Positions 1-10,292 of a stretch of DNA of 64,000 nt are shown here, one piece after another. Every line of letters begins with the position of its first letter. Positions within the stretch are counted from its first letter, which is position 1. The translations under genes and the position numbers were made by a program. The stretch is from an uncultured Actinomycetota bacterium (GTDB taxonomy: Bacteria > Actinomycetota > Actinomycetes > JAFAQI01), in assembly GCA_963770565.1 (NCBI GenBank), contig CAVYQE010000001.1, positions 1,504,001 to 1,568,000 of the forward strand. Reading direction: 5' to 3'. The notes beneath the pieces were generated by a model. The model was given only the letters and a program-made list of their open reading frames with translations. It was not told where the DNA came from and searched no databases.

Positions 1-2
1 CC

Positions 3-137
3 TCGACCGAACTGATCGAGGCCCAGCAGGGCACCGCGGCCGACGCGCCGCTCTGCCTGTCGTGCGGGGTCAAGATGCGTCCGGCCGGTTCCTGCTACGT
101 CTGCGAATCCTGCGGAAGCACCTCCGGCTGCAGCTAA
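3..137 (+). CDS. nrdJ: 3' end of vitamin B12-dependent (class II) ribonucleotide reductase, partial
   Basis: Own translation STELIEAQQGTAADAPLCLSCGVKMRPAGSCYVCESCGSTSGCS*: the CxxC...CxxC...TSGCS C-terminus typical of actinobacterial NrdJ. Confidence 0.9.
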   Translation, partial: STELIEAQQGTAADAPLCLSCGVKMRPAGSCYVCESCGSTSGCS

Positions 138-262
138 GCCACCGTCAGGCGGCTTGTTCGGAGCGCCGCGAGTTGTGACCTTGTGCCCTGGTGAGCGGTG
201 TTCGCTGCCGATAACGTGCGTCCTCGGCGCAGTCCGACGCCAGGTACATCGAGGTGGTTGTC

Positions 263-1108
263 ATGCCCCAACGGGTCCGCTCGATTGTCTTCGCCGCGGT
301 GGCAATCGCGGCCATGATGCTCAGCACGACGGGTAACAGCACCGCTGCTTCGGCGGTGGGGCGCTCGGCCCGCTCCACTGCGCAGGTGTCCGTCTCACCG
401 TGGCGTGGACTGGCCGCTGGTGACACGATCAGGGTCTACGCGCCGGGGATCACGCCGCTCGCGTCGGTGCGGGTGATCCAGTGCGATGCCTATCTCGGCG
501 ACCCCGATCAGGACTGCAATACCGCGCTGACGACCACCGCCAGTGCGAGCGGCGTCGTGTGGACCACGCTGACCCTTCGCGACCCGGTCTACGAGGCACG
601 GGGAGACGCAAGCCCGAGGCCGGTCTACTGCCGCGCCGACCAATGTCGGATCTTCCTGGTCTGGACCGATTCGGGCGGCAACGAGCAGGTCAAGCAGTCC
701 ACCCGGCTGCGGTTCCCAGGGCTGCCCGCCACGGTCGCGATAACGCCGGCTCAACAGGTGTACCGGAATCAGACCGTTCAGGTGACTGGCACTGCGCACG
801 GCGCGCAGGGGCGCCGGGTACAGATCTTCGAGGAGGCCTGTTACAACATCATTCAGGGCTGGGGGTGCGAAGACCAGGGGAAGGTCCGCACTACCAAGGT
901 CAACAGCCATGGTTCGTTCGCCATCAGTTACGTCGTTCACCGCTTCTTCTCGCGTGGGGATCAGACCTTTGACTGCAACGACATCGCGCCGCTGTACTGC
1001 GAGGTGACGGCCGTCGTGCTGAACAGCGACGGGCAGCCGGACGACACCTTCGGGGTTGCGAACTACGGCCAACCGGCGGCGTTGCTGAGCTTCCTCACCG
1101 GTATGTGA
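263..1108 (+). CDS. Secreted protein with two neocarzinostatin-apoprotein-like domains
   Basis: Signal-peptide-like N-terminus; two units VSVSPWRGLAAGDTIRV...VIQC and VAITPAQQVYRNQTVQVTGT...EEAC, each with 4 Cys; GAGGTG precedes ATG at 263. Confidence 0.6.
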   Translation: MPQRVRSIVFAAVAIAAMMLSTTGNSTAASAVGRSARSTAQVSVSPWRGLAAGDTIRVYAPGITPLASVRVIQCDAYLGDPDQDCNTALTTTASASGVVWTTLTLRDPVYEARGDASPRPVYCRADQCRIFLVWTDSGGNEQVKQSTRLRFPGLPATVAITPAQQVYRNQTVQVTGTAHGAQGRRVQIFEEACYNIIQGWGCEDQGKVRTTKVNSHGSFAISYVVHRFFSRGDQTFDCNDIAPLYCEVTAVVLNSDGQPDDTFGVANYGQPAALLSFLTGM

Positions 1109-1117
1109 GCCCGAGGA

Positions 1118-2419
1118 TCAGGGGCCGAGCACCTGGTCGGTGTAGGCGTTGGTGAAGGTGCGCTTCGGATCGACGGTGTCGCGGACGGCCATCGCCTCGG
1201 CGAAGCGGGGGTAGCGAGCGCGCACCTCCGCCGCGTCGAGGTCGTGCATCTTGCCCCAGTGCGGCCGGCCGCCGAGGTCCTTGGCGATCGCCTCGACCGC
1301 ACTGAAGTACTCGGTGTGATCGAGCCGGTGGTACTGGTGGACCGCGACGTAGCCGGTCGGACGTTCATACGCCGTCGACAGCCAGATGTCGTCGGCGGCC
1401 GCGACTCGCACCTCGATCGGGAATGAGATCCGAGCGCCGGTCCGGTCGATCCAGTCCTTGATCCCGTGCACCAGCTCAACCGTCTGCTCGCGGGGGACCG
1501 CCCACTCGGTCTCTCGGAAGCGAACCCGGCGCGGTGAGACGAACACCCGGTGCGACACATCGGTGAAAGTGCGTGCTGACAGCGCCTTCGCCGCGGTCCG
1601 GTTCAGACCCGGTACGGCGCTGGGCGCTCGCGACGCCACCTGCTGCACCACCTCGAACACGCCGTTGGTGAGAAGTTCGTCGTCCAGCCACTCGCGCCAC
1701 TTCGGCAGTGGTGCACCCGCACCCGGTTGCGCCCGGTTGTTGCGCTTGGTCAGTGCGACATCGGTGTGCGGGAACCAGTAGAACTCAAAGTGTTCGTTGC
1801 CGTCAGCGAGCGGGTCGAAGTTCGACAGCACGTCCTCGAGCGGCATCGGCGCCTCGACCGCGGTCAGCCGAAACAACGGCTCGCACTGCACCGTGATCTC
1901 GGTGATGACGCCGAACGCACCCAGCCCGACCCGCGCCGCCGCGAACAACGCCGGCTCAACCGACTCCGAGCACTCGACGATCTCGCCGGTCCCGGTCACG
2001 ATCTGCATCGACCGCACCTGCGTCGCCAGGCCGCCGAGCCGCGCGCCGGTTCCGTGCGTGCCGGTCGAGATCGCGCCGGCCAGGCTCTGCGCGTCGATGT
2101 CGCCGAGATTGGTCATGGACAAGCCGCGCGCTTCGAGCTCGAGATTGAGCTGGTGCAACCGAATCCCGCCTCCGACCCGGACCAGGCCAGTGCTGACATC
2201 CGCGGACTCGACCCGGTCGAGCCGGTCGAGGCTGAGCTGGATGTCGTCCGCTACTGCGGCGCCGGTGAAACTGTGGCCGGCGCCGACCGCGCGCACCCGC
2301 CGACCACCTTCAGCGGCCCGCCGTACGACGTCCACAACCCCGGCTGCATCACCCGGCGTGACGACCTCACGCGGCGTGACGGAGTGGTTGCGGGCCCAGT
2401 TCTGCCACGGCTTCGTCAC
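1118..2419 (-). CDS. FAD-linked sugar-lactone oxidase (D-arabinono-1,4-lactone oxidase family)
   Basis: WQNWA start, VGAGHSF flavin motif, GAISTGTHG, C-terminal GRPHWGK. Confidence 0.9.
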   Translation of the reverse strand: MTKPWQNWARNHSVTPREVVTPGDAAGVVDVVRRAAEGGRRVRAVGAGHSFTGAAVADDIQLSLDRLDRVESADVSTGLVRVGGGIRLHQLNLELEARGLSMTNLGDIDAQSLAGAISTGTHGTGARLGGLATQVRSMQIVTGTGEIVECSESVEPALFAAARVGLGAFGVITEITVQCEPLFRLTAVEAPMPLEDVLSNFDPLADGNEHFEFYWFPHTDVALTKRNNRAQPGAGAPLPKWREWLDDELLTNGVFEVVQQVASRAPSAVPGLNRTAAKALSARTFTDVSHRVFVSPRRVRFRETEWAVPREQTVELVHGIKDWIDRTGARISFPIEVRVAAADDIWLSTAYERPTGYVAVHQYHRLDHTEYFSAVEAIAKDLGGRPHWGKMHDLDAAEVRARYPRFAEAMAVRDTVDPKRTFTNAYTDQVLGP

Positions 2420-2428
2420 GCGGCAACC

Positions 2429-3169
2429 CTACGGGGCGCGGGTCTTGCCGGGCCGTGTCAGCGAGTGCCGCGCGCACGCACACGGCTTCGGCGCCTGGGC
2501 GATCAGCCCGTCCATCATCAACGCCAGCGCGGTCTCGAAGATTTCGTCGTCCGCGATGTCGGGCAGCGCCGTGCGCAACCGCCAGATGTTCGGATAGTCG
2601 GAGCGCTTGACGCCGAGGTAGGCCTGCGTCCACGCCGCCCCGTCGTAGCTCTGCTGGTCGTCGGTGAGGGAGAAGAAGGCAGCTTCGGACCCGGCCCAGG
2701 CGAGCGTGAAGTCGCCGAACCCGCGGTAGATCCGGGCCGCGACGGCACCGGTGAACCCGGCCTCGAGAACCGCGCCGATGAGGAGCTCCACCACCTGCAT
2801 CTCGGCCGGCCGTCGGGTCGTCCGGCAGGCCGACAGCATCGCCGCCGCCGGGTGCGCCAGATATGTCAGGCGCAACTCCCGGGCCACCTCGATGAGAGTC
2901 TCCACCCAGCAGTCATGCGGTGAGAGGTTCGCTGCCGACTCCTCGACCAGCCGGTCGGCGATCGCTAGCAGCAGGTCGTCCTTGCTGGCGAAGTGCCGGT
3001 AGACGGCGGTCTGGTCGGCGCCCAGGGCTCGGCCGAGCTTCGGCAGGCTGAACCCGGCCACGCCGTAGAGGTCGAGCAACCGAAGGCTTTCGGTCACGAT
3101 CATCTCCGGGGTCAGCGTGCCGCGCTTCAGTCCCCGTCGTGGCCGAGCGGCGACGGCCGGCTGTGCCAT
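2429..3169 (-). CDS. TetR/AcrR-family regulator with TetR C-terminal domain
   Basis: HTH FSLPKLGRALGADQTAVYRHFASKDDLL; divergent from the amide operon. Confidence 0.9.
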   Translation of the reverse strand: MAQPAVAARPRRGLKRGTLTPEMIVTESLRLLDLYGVAGFSLPKLGRALGADQTAVYRHFASKDDLLLAIADRLVEESAANLSPHDCWVETLIEVARELRLTYLAHPAAAMLSACRTTRRPAEMQVVELLIGAVLEAGFTGAVAARIYRGFGDFTLAWAGSEAAFFSLTDDQQSYDGAAWTQAYLGVKRSDYPNIWRLRTALPDIADDEIFETALALMMDGLIAQAPKPCACARHSLTRPGKTRAP

Positions 3170-3254
3170 TGGTGCGCCCTCCCAGCGAGGTCTCGCGCGA
3201 CAAATCGGCCCATTTGAACCGCAGTGCAAACGACTCGCGAAGACTCTTAGTCCA

Positions 3255-3301
3255 AGCCCTTGACATGACTATGACACAGTGATTCGGTGCCGTCATTAGT
3301 C
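3255..3301 (+). promoter_or_regulatory. Putative promoter/operator of the amide operon
   Basis: TTGACA at 3259-3264 followed by imperfect inverted repeat GACTATGAC...GTCATTAGTC in the divergent intergenic region. Confidence 0.35.
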
Positions 3302-3311
3302 GATCTGTGAG

Positions 3312-4961
3312 GTGATGGTGCCGGGCACCGATCGCGAGTTGTTCTTCACGAACGGCACCATCTTCGATGGTCACCGGTTCCTCGATGCCGGCACCGGCGT
3401 GGTCGTGAAAGGCGCGCGGATCTCCTCGGTCGACGCGGATGCCACCCCCGGCTCGGCCGAGCCGGTCGACCTCGCCGGCGGCACCTTGGTGCCGGGCTTC
3501 ATCGACTCCCACGCGCACCCGGTGTTCGCCGGCAACCAGATGCGGCACTGCGACCTGCGCGAGGCGAGTACGGCGGAGGGCTACGTCGAGCTAGTCGCCG
3601 CCTACGCGCGCACCCACCCCGACGAGGAGTGGATCTCCGGCGGCGGCTGGTCGATGCAGGCCTTTCCGAACGGCATCCCGACCCGCGACCTGCTCGATGC
3701 CGTCGTTCCCGACCGGCCGGTGTTCCTGCCCAACCGCGACGGCCATGGCGCCTGGGTCAACAGCAAGGCGCTCGAGCTCGCGGGTGTCGACGCCGGCACG
3801 CCGGACCCGTCCGACGGCCGGATCGAGCGCGACAGTGCCGGCCAACCGGTCGGCACGTTGCAAGAGGGTGCGTCGGTGCTCGTCGGGCGGCTGCTGCCGG
3901 CGGTGACCGCCGACGGCTGGTACGACGCGCTGCAGATCGCGCAGCGTCACCTGCTCGCACTCGGTATCACCGGGTGGCAGGACGCGATCCTCGGCGACTA
4001 CCAGGAGGGCGCCGACCCGCTGCCGGCGTACCTGCGGGCCGCCGGCGACGGGACCCTGGTGGCCAGCGTGGTCGGCGCGCTCTGGTGGGACCGCAGCCGC
4101 GGTCTCGAGCAGCTGCCGAGCCTGATCGAGCGCCGCCAGCGCTGGCACAGCGACCGATTCCGCGCCACCAGCGTGAAGATGATGCTGGACGGCGTCGCGG
4201 AGAACCACACCGCCGCGATGCTCGAGCCGTATCTCGGCACCGACGAGTGCACCGGCGACCACACCGGGCTGGACTTCATCGACCCGGTCGAGCTGCCGCG
4301 CTACGTCACCCGGCTCGACCAGGAGGGCTTCCAGGTCCACTTCCACGCGCTCGGCGACCGCGCGGTGCGCAACGCCCTCGACGCGATCGCGGCGGCCCGG
4401 CAGGCGAGTGGGTCGATGCAGCGCCGCCACCACATCGCGCACCTGCAGGTCATCCACCCCGACGACATCGCGCGGTTCGCGCAGCTGTCGGCCACCGCCA
4501 ACTTGCAGGCGCTGTGGGCGACCCATGAGCCGCAGATGGACGAGCTGACCATCCCGTTCCTCGGCGAGCGCCGCAGCGGCTGGCAGTACCCATTCCGTTC
4601 ACTACACGACGCCGGCGCCGCGCTGTGCGGCGGCAGTGACTGGCCGGTGAGCAGCCCCGACCCGCTGCTCGGCATCCACGTCGCGGTCAATCGCAGCCTG
4701 CCGACGGACGTCGGCGGCGAGGGCAACGACCCGTTCCTGCCCGACCAGGCGATCGCGCTCACCACGATGCTGGCCGCCTACACCTCGGGCAGCGCCGAGG
4801 TGAACGGCGTCGCCGACCGGGCCGGCACGATCCGCCCCGGCATGGACGCCGACTTCGCGGTGATCGACACCGACCTGCGCCATCTCGACCCCACCGATAT
4901 CTGCCGGTCCACCGTTCGCCAGACCTGGGTTCGCGGTGACCTCGTTCACGATGCCCACTGA
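3312..4961 (+). CDS. Metal-dependent amidohydrolase (YtcJ-like, amidohydrolase_3)
   Basis: PGFIDSHAH, FHALGD, HHIAH and GSDWPV metal-site motifs. Confidence 0.9.
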   Translation: MMVPGTDRELFFTNGTIFDGHRFLDAGTGVVVKGARISSVDADATPGSAEPVDLAGGTLVPGFIDSHAHPVFAGNQMRHCDLREASTAEGYVELVAAYARTHPDEEWISGGGWSMQAFPNGIPTRDLLDAVVPDRPVFLPNRDGHGAWVNSKALELAGVDAGTPDPSDGRIERDSAGQPVGTLQEGASVLVGRLLPAVTADGWYDALQIAQRHLLALGITGWQDAILGDYQEGADPLPAYLRAAGDGTLVASVVGALWWDRSRGLEQLPSLIERRQRWHSDRFRATSVKMMLDGVAENHTAAMLEPYLGTDECTGDHTGLDFIDPVELPRYVTRLDQEGFQVHFHALGDRAVRNALDAIAAARQASGSMQRRHHIAHLQVIHPDDIARFAQLSATANLQALWATHEPQMDELTIPFLGERRSGWQYPFRSLHDAGAALCGGSDWPVSSPDPLLGIHVAVNRSLPTDVGGEGNDPFLPDQAIALTTMLAAYTSGSAEVNGVADRAGTIRPGMDADFAVIDTDLRHLDPTDICRSTVRQTWVRGDLVHDAH

Positions 4962-4994
4962 TCTCATCCGCCCGGACCGACCCGAGGAGATCCG

Positions 4995-6641
4995 ATGAAC
5001 CCCAGCCGACGCTCCGCCCGTGCAGTCCTGGCCGTGGTCGTGGTCGCGCTGATTGCCGCGGCTTGCGGCCGCTCGGCCTCCTCCGGAGGCGGTACGGCAG
5101 GCAACGTCTCGCCGACCAAGGGCCTGGTGACGACCTCACCGGCCGGGACCAAGCCGGTGGCGTCGGTGACCTGGGCGGTCTACCGCGACGTCAACTCCCT
5201 CGACCCGATCTACGCGTTCGACTACCCGGAGAACACTGCGATCTCGCTCATGTGCGAGTCGTTGTTGCTCCAGGCGCCCGACGGCTCGATCGGGCCTGGT
5301 CTGGCCACCCTGACCAACCCGACTCCGACCACGATGGTCTTCACCCTCAAGTCGGGCGTGACGTTCTGGGACGGCCACCCGGTCACCGCGGCCGACGTCG
5401 TCTACAGCCTCGACCGCAACACGACTGCCTCGCTCGGCGGCTTCTATGGCGCGGTGTTCTCGCGGGTGAAGTCGATCGCGGCGACCGGCTCCAACCAGGT
5501 CACGATCACCTTGAAGCAGCCCGACTTCTGGCTGGCCGGCGAGCTGGCCTCGATGGCCGGAGTGGTCATCGAGAAGGCATACGCGCAGAAGGAAGGGAAG
5601 AAGTACGGCACGCCGGGCGGCGGCATCATGTGCACGGGCGACTACAAGCTGCAGTCGTTCACGCCGGGCGTTGGCGTGACCGCGGTCGTCAACCCGCACT
5701 ACTGGAACACCGCCGTACACCCGATGGTGGCGAAAATCCTTCTCAAAGGTGTGCCGGACACCTCGTCGTTCACCTCCGGGCTCATCACCGGCGGTATCCA
5801 GGGCGGCTACACCCTCGGGCTCGACACGCTGAACCAGCTCGAGTCCAACAAGAACGTCAGTGTCTTTCAGGGCCCGGGGCAGTCCACCGACGCGCTGATC
5901 GTGTCCAACCCGAAGGGCGTCCTCGGCGACGTCCGGGTCCGCCAGGCACTCTCCGACGCCCTGAACCGGCAAGGCATCATCAACTCGGTCTACAAGGGCG
6001 CCGCACTGTTGCCGCGATGGATCGCCAACCCGGGCGCCTTCGGCTACGGCCAGTCGGTGTTCGACGCGGCGTACGCGAAGTCACCGGTGATGACGCAGAA
6101 CCTCACCGAGGCGAAGAAGCTCATCACCCAGGCCGGCGCGGCCGGAAAGACGCTGACGATCGGCACGTCCAGCCAGCTCAACAACATCGCCGCGGTGACC
6201 GGCGCCTATCAGGCGGCCGCTTCGGCGATCGGCTTGAAGGTGAAGCTCAGGTCAGTCTCGGCGCAGAACTACATCAACTTCTTCACCGAGGCCAAGGCCC
6301 GGCAGGGCGTCGACGGGTTCCTCACGGTCAACTACGGCGACTACGCCGACCCGGCCGCGCTGCTCGCGACGATCGTGCTCCCGACCGGTAGTCAGAACTA
6401 CGACGGCTATAACAACGCCCAGATGACGTCGCTGCTCGAGCAGGCCCGGGGCACGGCCGACCCGAACAAGCGCGCCCAGCTGGTCGCGCAGGCCGAGACT
6501 CTGGCCGCGAAGACGTTGCCGTGGATCCCGGACGTGCAGCCGACCAACGTGCTGCTCATGCACAAGGGGCTGTCCGGAGCGGTCGCGTCCTTCTCCTACA
6601 TGTTCGCGCCTTGGGCGAACAGCCTCGGCGGGACCGGCTGA
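4995..6641 (+). CDS. Opp/Dpp-type ABC substrate-binding lipoprotein
   Basis: Lipobox IAAAC; LKSGVTFWDGHPVTAADVVYS; DVRVRQALS (SBP family 5). Confidence 0.92.
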   Translation: MNPSRRSARAVLAVVVVALIAAACGRSASSGGGTAGNVSPTKGLVTTSPAGTKPVASVTWAVYRDVNSLDPIYAFDYPENTAISLMCESLLLQAPDGSIGPGLATLTNPTPTTMVFTLKSGVTFWDGHPVTAADVVYSLDRNTTASLGGFYGAVFSRVKSIAATGSNQVTITLKQPDFWLAGELASMAGVVIEKAYAQKEGKKYGTPGGGIMCTGDYKLQSFTPGVGVTAVVNPHYWNTAVHPMVAKILLKGVPDTSSFTSGLITGGIQGGYTLGLDTLNQLESNKNVSVFQGPGQSTDALIVSNPKGVLGDVRVRQALSDALNRQGIINSVYKGAALLPRWIANPGAFGYGQSVFDAAYAKSPVMTQNLTEAKKLITQAGAAGKTLTIGTSSQLNNIAAVTGAYQAAASAIGLKVKLRSVSAQNYINFFTEAKARQGVDGFLTVNYGDYADPAALLATIVLPTGSQNYDGYNNAQMTSLLEQARGTADPNKRAQLVAQAETLAAKTLPWIPDVQPTNVLLMHKGLSGAVASFSYMFAPWANSLGGTG

Positions 6642-6646
6642 GCCGG

Positions 6647-7597
6647 ATGCGGCTGCGCTTCTTCGGCCGCCGCCTGGCGATGCTGCTCGCCAGCCTGCTG
6701 GTCGCGAGCTTCGTCATCTTCGCGGCGATGTACCTCGCGCCCGGCAACCCGGTCGCCGCGCTGTCCGGCGGTCGACCACTCCCGCCGAGCAGCCTGCGGA
6801 TCCTCGAGGCGCGCTACCACCTCAACGATCCGTTCCTCACGCAGTACTGGTACTGGCTGCGCAACGCGCTGCACGGCAACCTGGGCGTGTCGATCCTGTT
6901 GCGCGAGAACGTCTCCACGTTGATCGCGTCCCGGATGTGGACCACTGCCGGCCTGGTTCTCTACGCGGCACTGATCATCGTCGTACTCGGGATCGGGCTC
7001 GGCATCGTCGCCGGCCTGCGGCCGGGCAGGCTCGACACCAGCGCGCTCGTCATCACCGCGGTGTCCGCGGCCATCCCGGCCTTCGTCGCGGCGATCGCGC
7101 TGATCCTCGTGTTCGCGGTGAAGCTGGGCTGGTTCCCGGCGCTCGGCAACGGCACCGACCTGGTCAGCAACATCAAACACTTCACCCTGCCGGCGATCGC
7201 GCTCGCGATCTCCTCGCTCGGCATTGTCGCCCGCGTGACGCGGGCGAGCGTGCGCGAGGAGAGCGGGCGCGAGCACGTGCAGACCGCGATCAGCCGCGGC
7301 ATCCCGACCCGGCAGCTGATCCGGCGGCACATCCTGCGCAACGCCGCGATCCCGATCACCACGATCTCGGGCATCACGATCGCGTCGCTGATCGCCGTTG
7401 CGGCGGTGGTCGAGACCGCGTTCAGCCTGAACGGTCTCGGCGCATACCTGGTCCAGGCCGCCGGCTCTAAGGACCTGGCCGTCGTTCAGGGGATCTCGCT
7501 GGTGCTCGTCCTCGCCTTCGTCGTGGTCAATGTGCTGGTCGACGTCATGTACGCCGTCCTCGACCCGAGGGTCTCGCTCGGGAGCCGGGCGCAGTGA
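6647..7597 (+). CDS. ABC permease (DppB-like)
   Basis: APGNP, hydrophobic helices, EAA-like loop TAISRGI...RHILRNA, ends LDPRV. Confidence 0.9.
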   Translation: MRLRFFGRRLAMLLASLLVASFVIFAAMYLAPGNPVAALSGGRPLPPSSLRILEARYHLNDPFLTQYWYWLRNALHGNLGVSILLRENVSTLIASRMWTTAGLVLYAALIIVVLGIGLGIVAGLRPGRLDTSALVITAVSAAIPAFVAAIALILVFAVKLGWFPALGNGTDLVSNIKHFTLPAIALAISSLGIVARVTRASVREESGREHVQTAISRGIPTRQLIRRHILRNAAIPITTISGITIASLIAVAAVVETAFSLNGLGAYLVQAAGSKDLAVVQGISLVLVLAFVVVNVLVDVMYAVLDPRVSLGSRAQ

Positions 7598-7607
7598 GGG
7601 TCGACCG

Positions 7608-8465
7608 ATGACGACCGCAGTGGCGCTGCCGGTCCTCACCGCTCAGCGCGGCCGGGTCCTCGGCCGGCTGAGGGCCACCGGCCCGGCCGGCCTGATCTCG
7701 GCGACCCTGATCGGCCTCGCCCTGATCGCTGCCGTGTTCGGTCCGCTGCTCGCTCCGCACGACCCGAACCTGCCGAACCTGTCGCTGTCGTTCGTCGGCC
7801 CGACCTCGGGCCACCTGCTCGGCTTCGACTACGTCGGGCGGGACGTGCTGTCGCGACTGCTCGTGGGTGCGCAGTCATCGCTGCTCGGTCCGCTCGTCGT
7901 CGTCGCGATCAGCATCACGCTCGGAGCGGTGCTCGCCGTGACGGCGGCCTGGCGACAGGGCACCTTCGACACGGTCGTCTCCGCGGGGCTCGACATCCTG
8001 TTCGCCTTCCCCGGGATCCTGCTCGCGGTCCTGGCGACCGCGGTGTTCGGCCCGGGACTCACCGCGGCGTCGCTGGCGCTGTCCGTCGCGTACATGCCGT
8101 ACGTCGCGCGGGTGCTGCGCGGCGCGGCGTTGCGCGAACGCAGCCAGCCGTACGTCGCCGCGTTGGAGGTGCAGGGCGCATCGGCACCGGCGATCTGCCT
8201 GCGGCACCTCATTCCGAACCTTTCGCCGCTGATCGTCGCGCAGGCCACCGTGACCTTCGGTTACGCGATGGTCGACCTCGCCGCGATCTCCTTCCTCGGC
8301 CTCGGGGTCCAGCCGCCGACCGCGAACTGGGGCGTGATGATCTCGGAGAACCAGACCGGCATCGCCCAGGGCTATCCGCTCCCGGCGCTGGCCGCCAGCG
8401 TGTGCATCGTCGTCGTGGTCGTGGCGATCAACATCCTTGGCGAACGCCTCTTCGAGCAGGCGTAG
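7608..8465 (+). CDS. ABC permease (DppC-like)
   Basis: HLLGFDYVGRDVLSRL, RHLIPN, SFLGLGVQPPTANWG. Confidence 0.9.
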   Translation: MTTAVALPVLTAQRGRVLGRLRATGPAGLISATLIGLALIAAVFGPLLAPHDPNLPNLSLSFVGPTSGHLLGFDYVGRDVLSRLLVGAQSSLLGPLVVVAISITLGAVLAVTAAWRQGTFDTVVSAGLDILFAFPGILLAVLATAVFGPGLTAASLALSVAYMPYVARVLRGAALRERSQPYVAALEVQGASAPAICLRHLIPNLSPLIVAQATVTFGYAMVDLAAISFLGLGVQPPTANWGVMISENQTGIAQGYPLPALAASVCIVVVVVAINILGERLFEQA

Positions 8466-8473
8466 CGACCGCC

Positions 8474-9478
8474 ATGTCTGGGTCCAGCCAGCCGTTGCTC
8501 GATGTGAGCGGCTTGACCGTGCGCCTTGACGTCGGCGGCACCAAGCAAGCGGTGCTGAACGACGTCTCGCTCGCGGTCCGGCCCGGTGAAGCACTCGGCC
8601 TGGTGGGCGAGTCCGGCTCCGGCAAGTCGATGACCGCGCGCGCGATCGACCGGCTATTGCCGCGCGGCGCGGTCGTCGAGGGCAGCATCCGGTTCGACGA
8701 CGACGAGGTCTCGGCGCTGACCGGACCGCCGCTGCGCCGGTTTCGCAGCCAGGTCGCGATGATCTTTCAGGATCCGCGCGCCCATGTGAACCCGGTCCGG
8801 CGGATCGGCGACTTCATGACCGAGGCGCTGCGGACCAACCTCGGGGTCGCAAGCGATGACGCGCACGAGCGCGCCGCGCAGATGCTCGCACAGGTCGGCA
8901 TCGATCACGGCGAGAAACGCCTGCGGCAATACCCGCACGAGCTGTCCGGCGGGATGCTGCAGCGGGTGATGATCGCGAGCGCGCTGCTCACCAAGCCGCG
9001 CCTGCTGCTCGCCGACGAGCCGACCACCGCGCTCGACGTGACGACCCAGGCCGAGGTGATGGCGATCCTCGACGAGCTTCGGCGCGACTTCGGCCTGGCG
9101 ATGCTCTTCATCACCCACGACCTCGAGCTCGCGGCCGCGATCTGCGACCGCACCGCGGTGATGTACGCCGGGCGGATCGTCGAGAACCGCGACTCGGCGT
9201 TGTTGCACAGTGACCCGCTGCACCCGTACACCGCGGCGCTGGCCGCGGCGCGTCCCGACATCGACCGGACCGCGCACCGGTTGCTGGCGATTCCGGGCCG
9301 CCCGCTCTCGGCGTTCGAGGCACCGGCCGGCGAGTGCGCGTTCGCCGCACGCTGCCCGCACGCGCGGGACGAGTGCCGGACCGGCGTACCGGAGTTGATC
9401 GAGCTCGACGGCGGGGCCACCCGCTGCGTCCGGGCGGTCGAGCTGCGCGGCCAGCTGGGGGTGAGCCGGCATGGCTGA
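8474..9478 (+). CDS. ABC ATP-binding protein (DppD-like)
   Basis: GESGSGKS, LSGGM, DEPTTALD, HPYT and C-terminal Cys motif. Confidence 0.92.
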   Translation: MSGSSQPLLDVSGLTVRLDVGGTKQAVLNDVSLAVRPGEALGLVGESGSGKSMTARAIDRLLPRGAVVEGSIRFDDDEVSALTGPPLRRFRSQVAMIFQDPRAHVNPVRRIGDFMTEALRTNLGVASDDAHERAAQMLAQVGIDHGEKRLRQYPHELSGGMLQRVMIASALLTKPRLLLADEPTTALDVTTQAEVMAILDELRRDFGLAMLFITHDLELAAAICDRTAVMYAGRIVENRDSALLHSDPLHPYTAALAAARPDIDRTAHRLLAIPGRPLSAFEAPAGECAFAARCPHARDECRTGVPELIELDGGATRCVRAVELRGQLGVSRHG

Positions 9479-10292
9479 GGCCCAGACGGCGATTCTCGCG
9501 GTGAGCGGGCTGCGCAAGGAGTTCGGCGACCTGGTCGCAGTGGACGACGTGTCGTTCGAGCTCGAGGCCGGCCGGTCGCTCGCGATCGTGGGGGAGTCCG
9601 GCTCGGGCAAGACGACGATCGCCCGGATGATCGTGGGTCTCGAGCGGCCGACCAGCGGCTCGATCACGGCGTGCGGCGAGGACCGGTCCCGTCCGGCCCG
9701 GTCGGCTAAGGACCGGCGCCGGCGCGGTCGGGAGGTGCAGATCGTCTTCCAGGATCCGTACACCAGTCTCGACCCGCGGCAGACCGCCGAGGACACGATC
9801 GACGAGGTGCTGAGGCTGCATCACGGCTGGTCGGCCACGCGGAGGCGGGAGCGGATCGCCGAGCTGGTCGAGCTGGTCGGCCTCGACTCCCGGCAGGCCA
9901 CGGCACTGCCCCGCGCGCTGTCGGGCGGCCAGCGGCAGCGGGTCGCGATCGCCCGTGCGCTGGCGGCCGAGCCGCGGATCCTGATCCTCGACGAGTCGGT
10001 CGCGGCGCTCGACGTCTCGATCCAGGCCCAGGTGCTCAACCTGCTCGCCGACATCCGCGACGAGACCGCGGTCTCCTACATCCTGGTGAGCCACGACCTC
10101 GCCGTGGTCCGGCAGCTCACCGACGACACGATCGTGCTCCGCCGCGGGGTGGTCGTCGAGCACGGCCCGACGGCGACCGTGCTCGACCGGCCCCAGCACG
10201 TCTACACCCAGCTCCTGCGTTCGAGCGTTCCGCGTCCCGGCTGGCAACCGCGCCGGCGGGGCATCACTGACCCGGAGGACCCCACGCCATGA
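9471..10292 (+). CDS. ABC ATP-binding protein (DppF-like)
   Basis: GESGSGKT, LSGGQRQR, LDESVAALD. Confidence 0.92.
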   Translation: MAEAQTAILAVSGLRKEFGDLVAVDDVSFELEAGRSLAIVGESGSGKTTIARMIVGLERPTSGSITACGEDRSRPARSAKDRRRRGREVQIVFQDPYTSLDPRQTAEDTIDEVLRLHHGWSATRRRERIAELVELVGLDSRQATALPRALSGGQRQRVAIARALAAEPRILILDESVAALDVSIQAQVLNLLADIRDETAVSYILVSHDLAVVRQLTDDTIVLRRGVVVEHGPTATVLDRPQHVYTQLLRSSVPRPGWQPRRRGITDPEDPTP

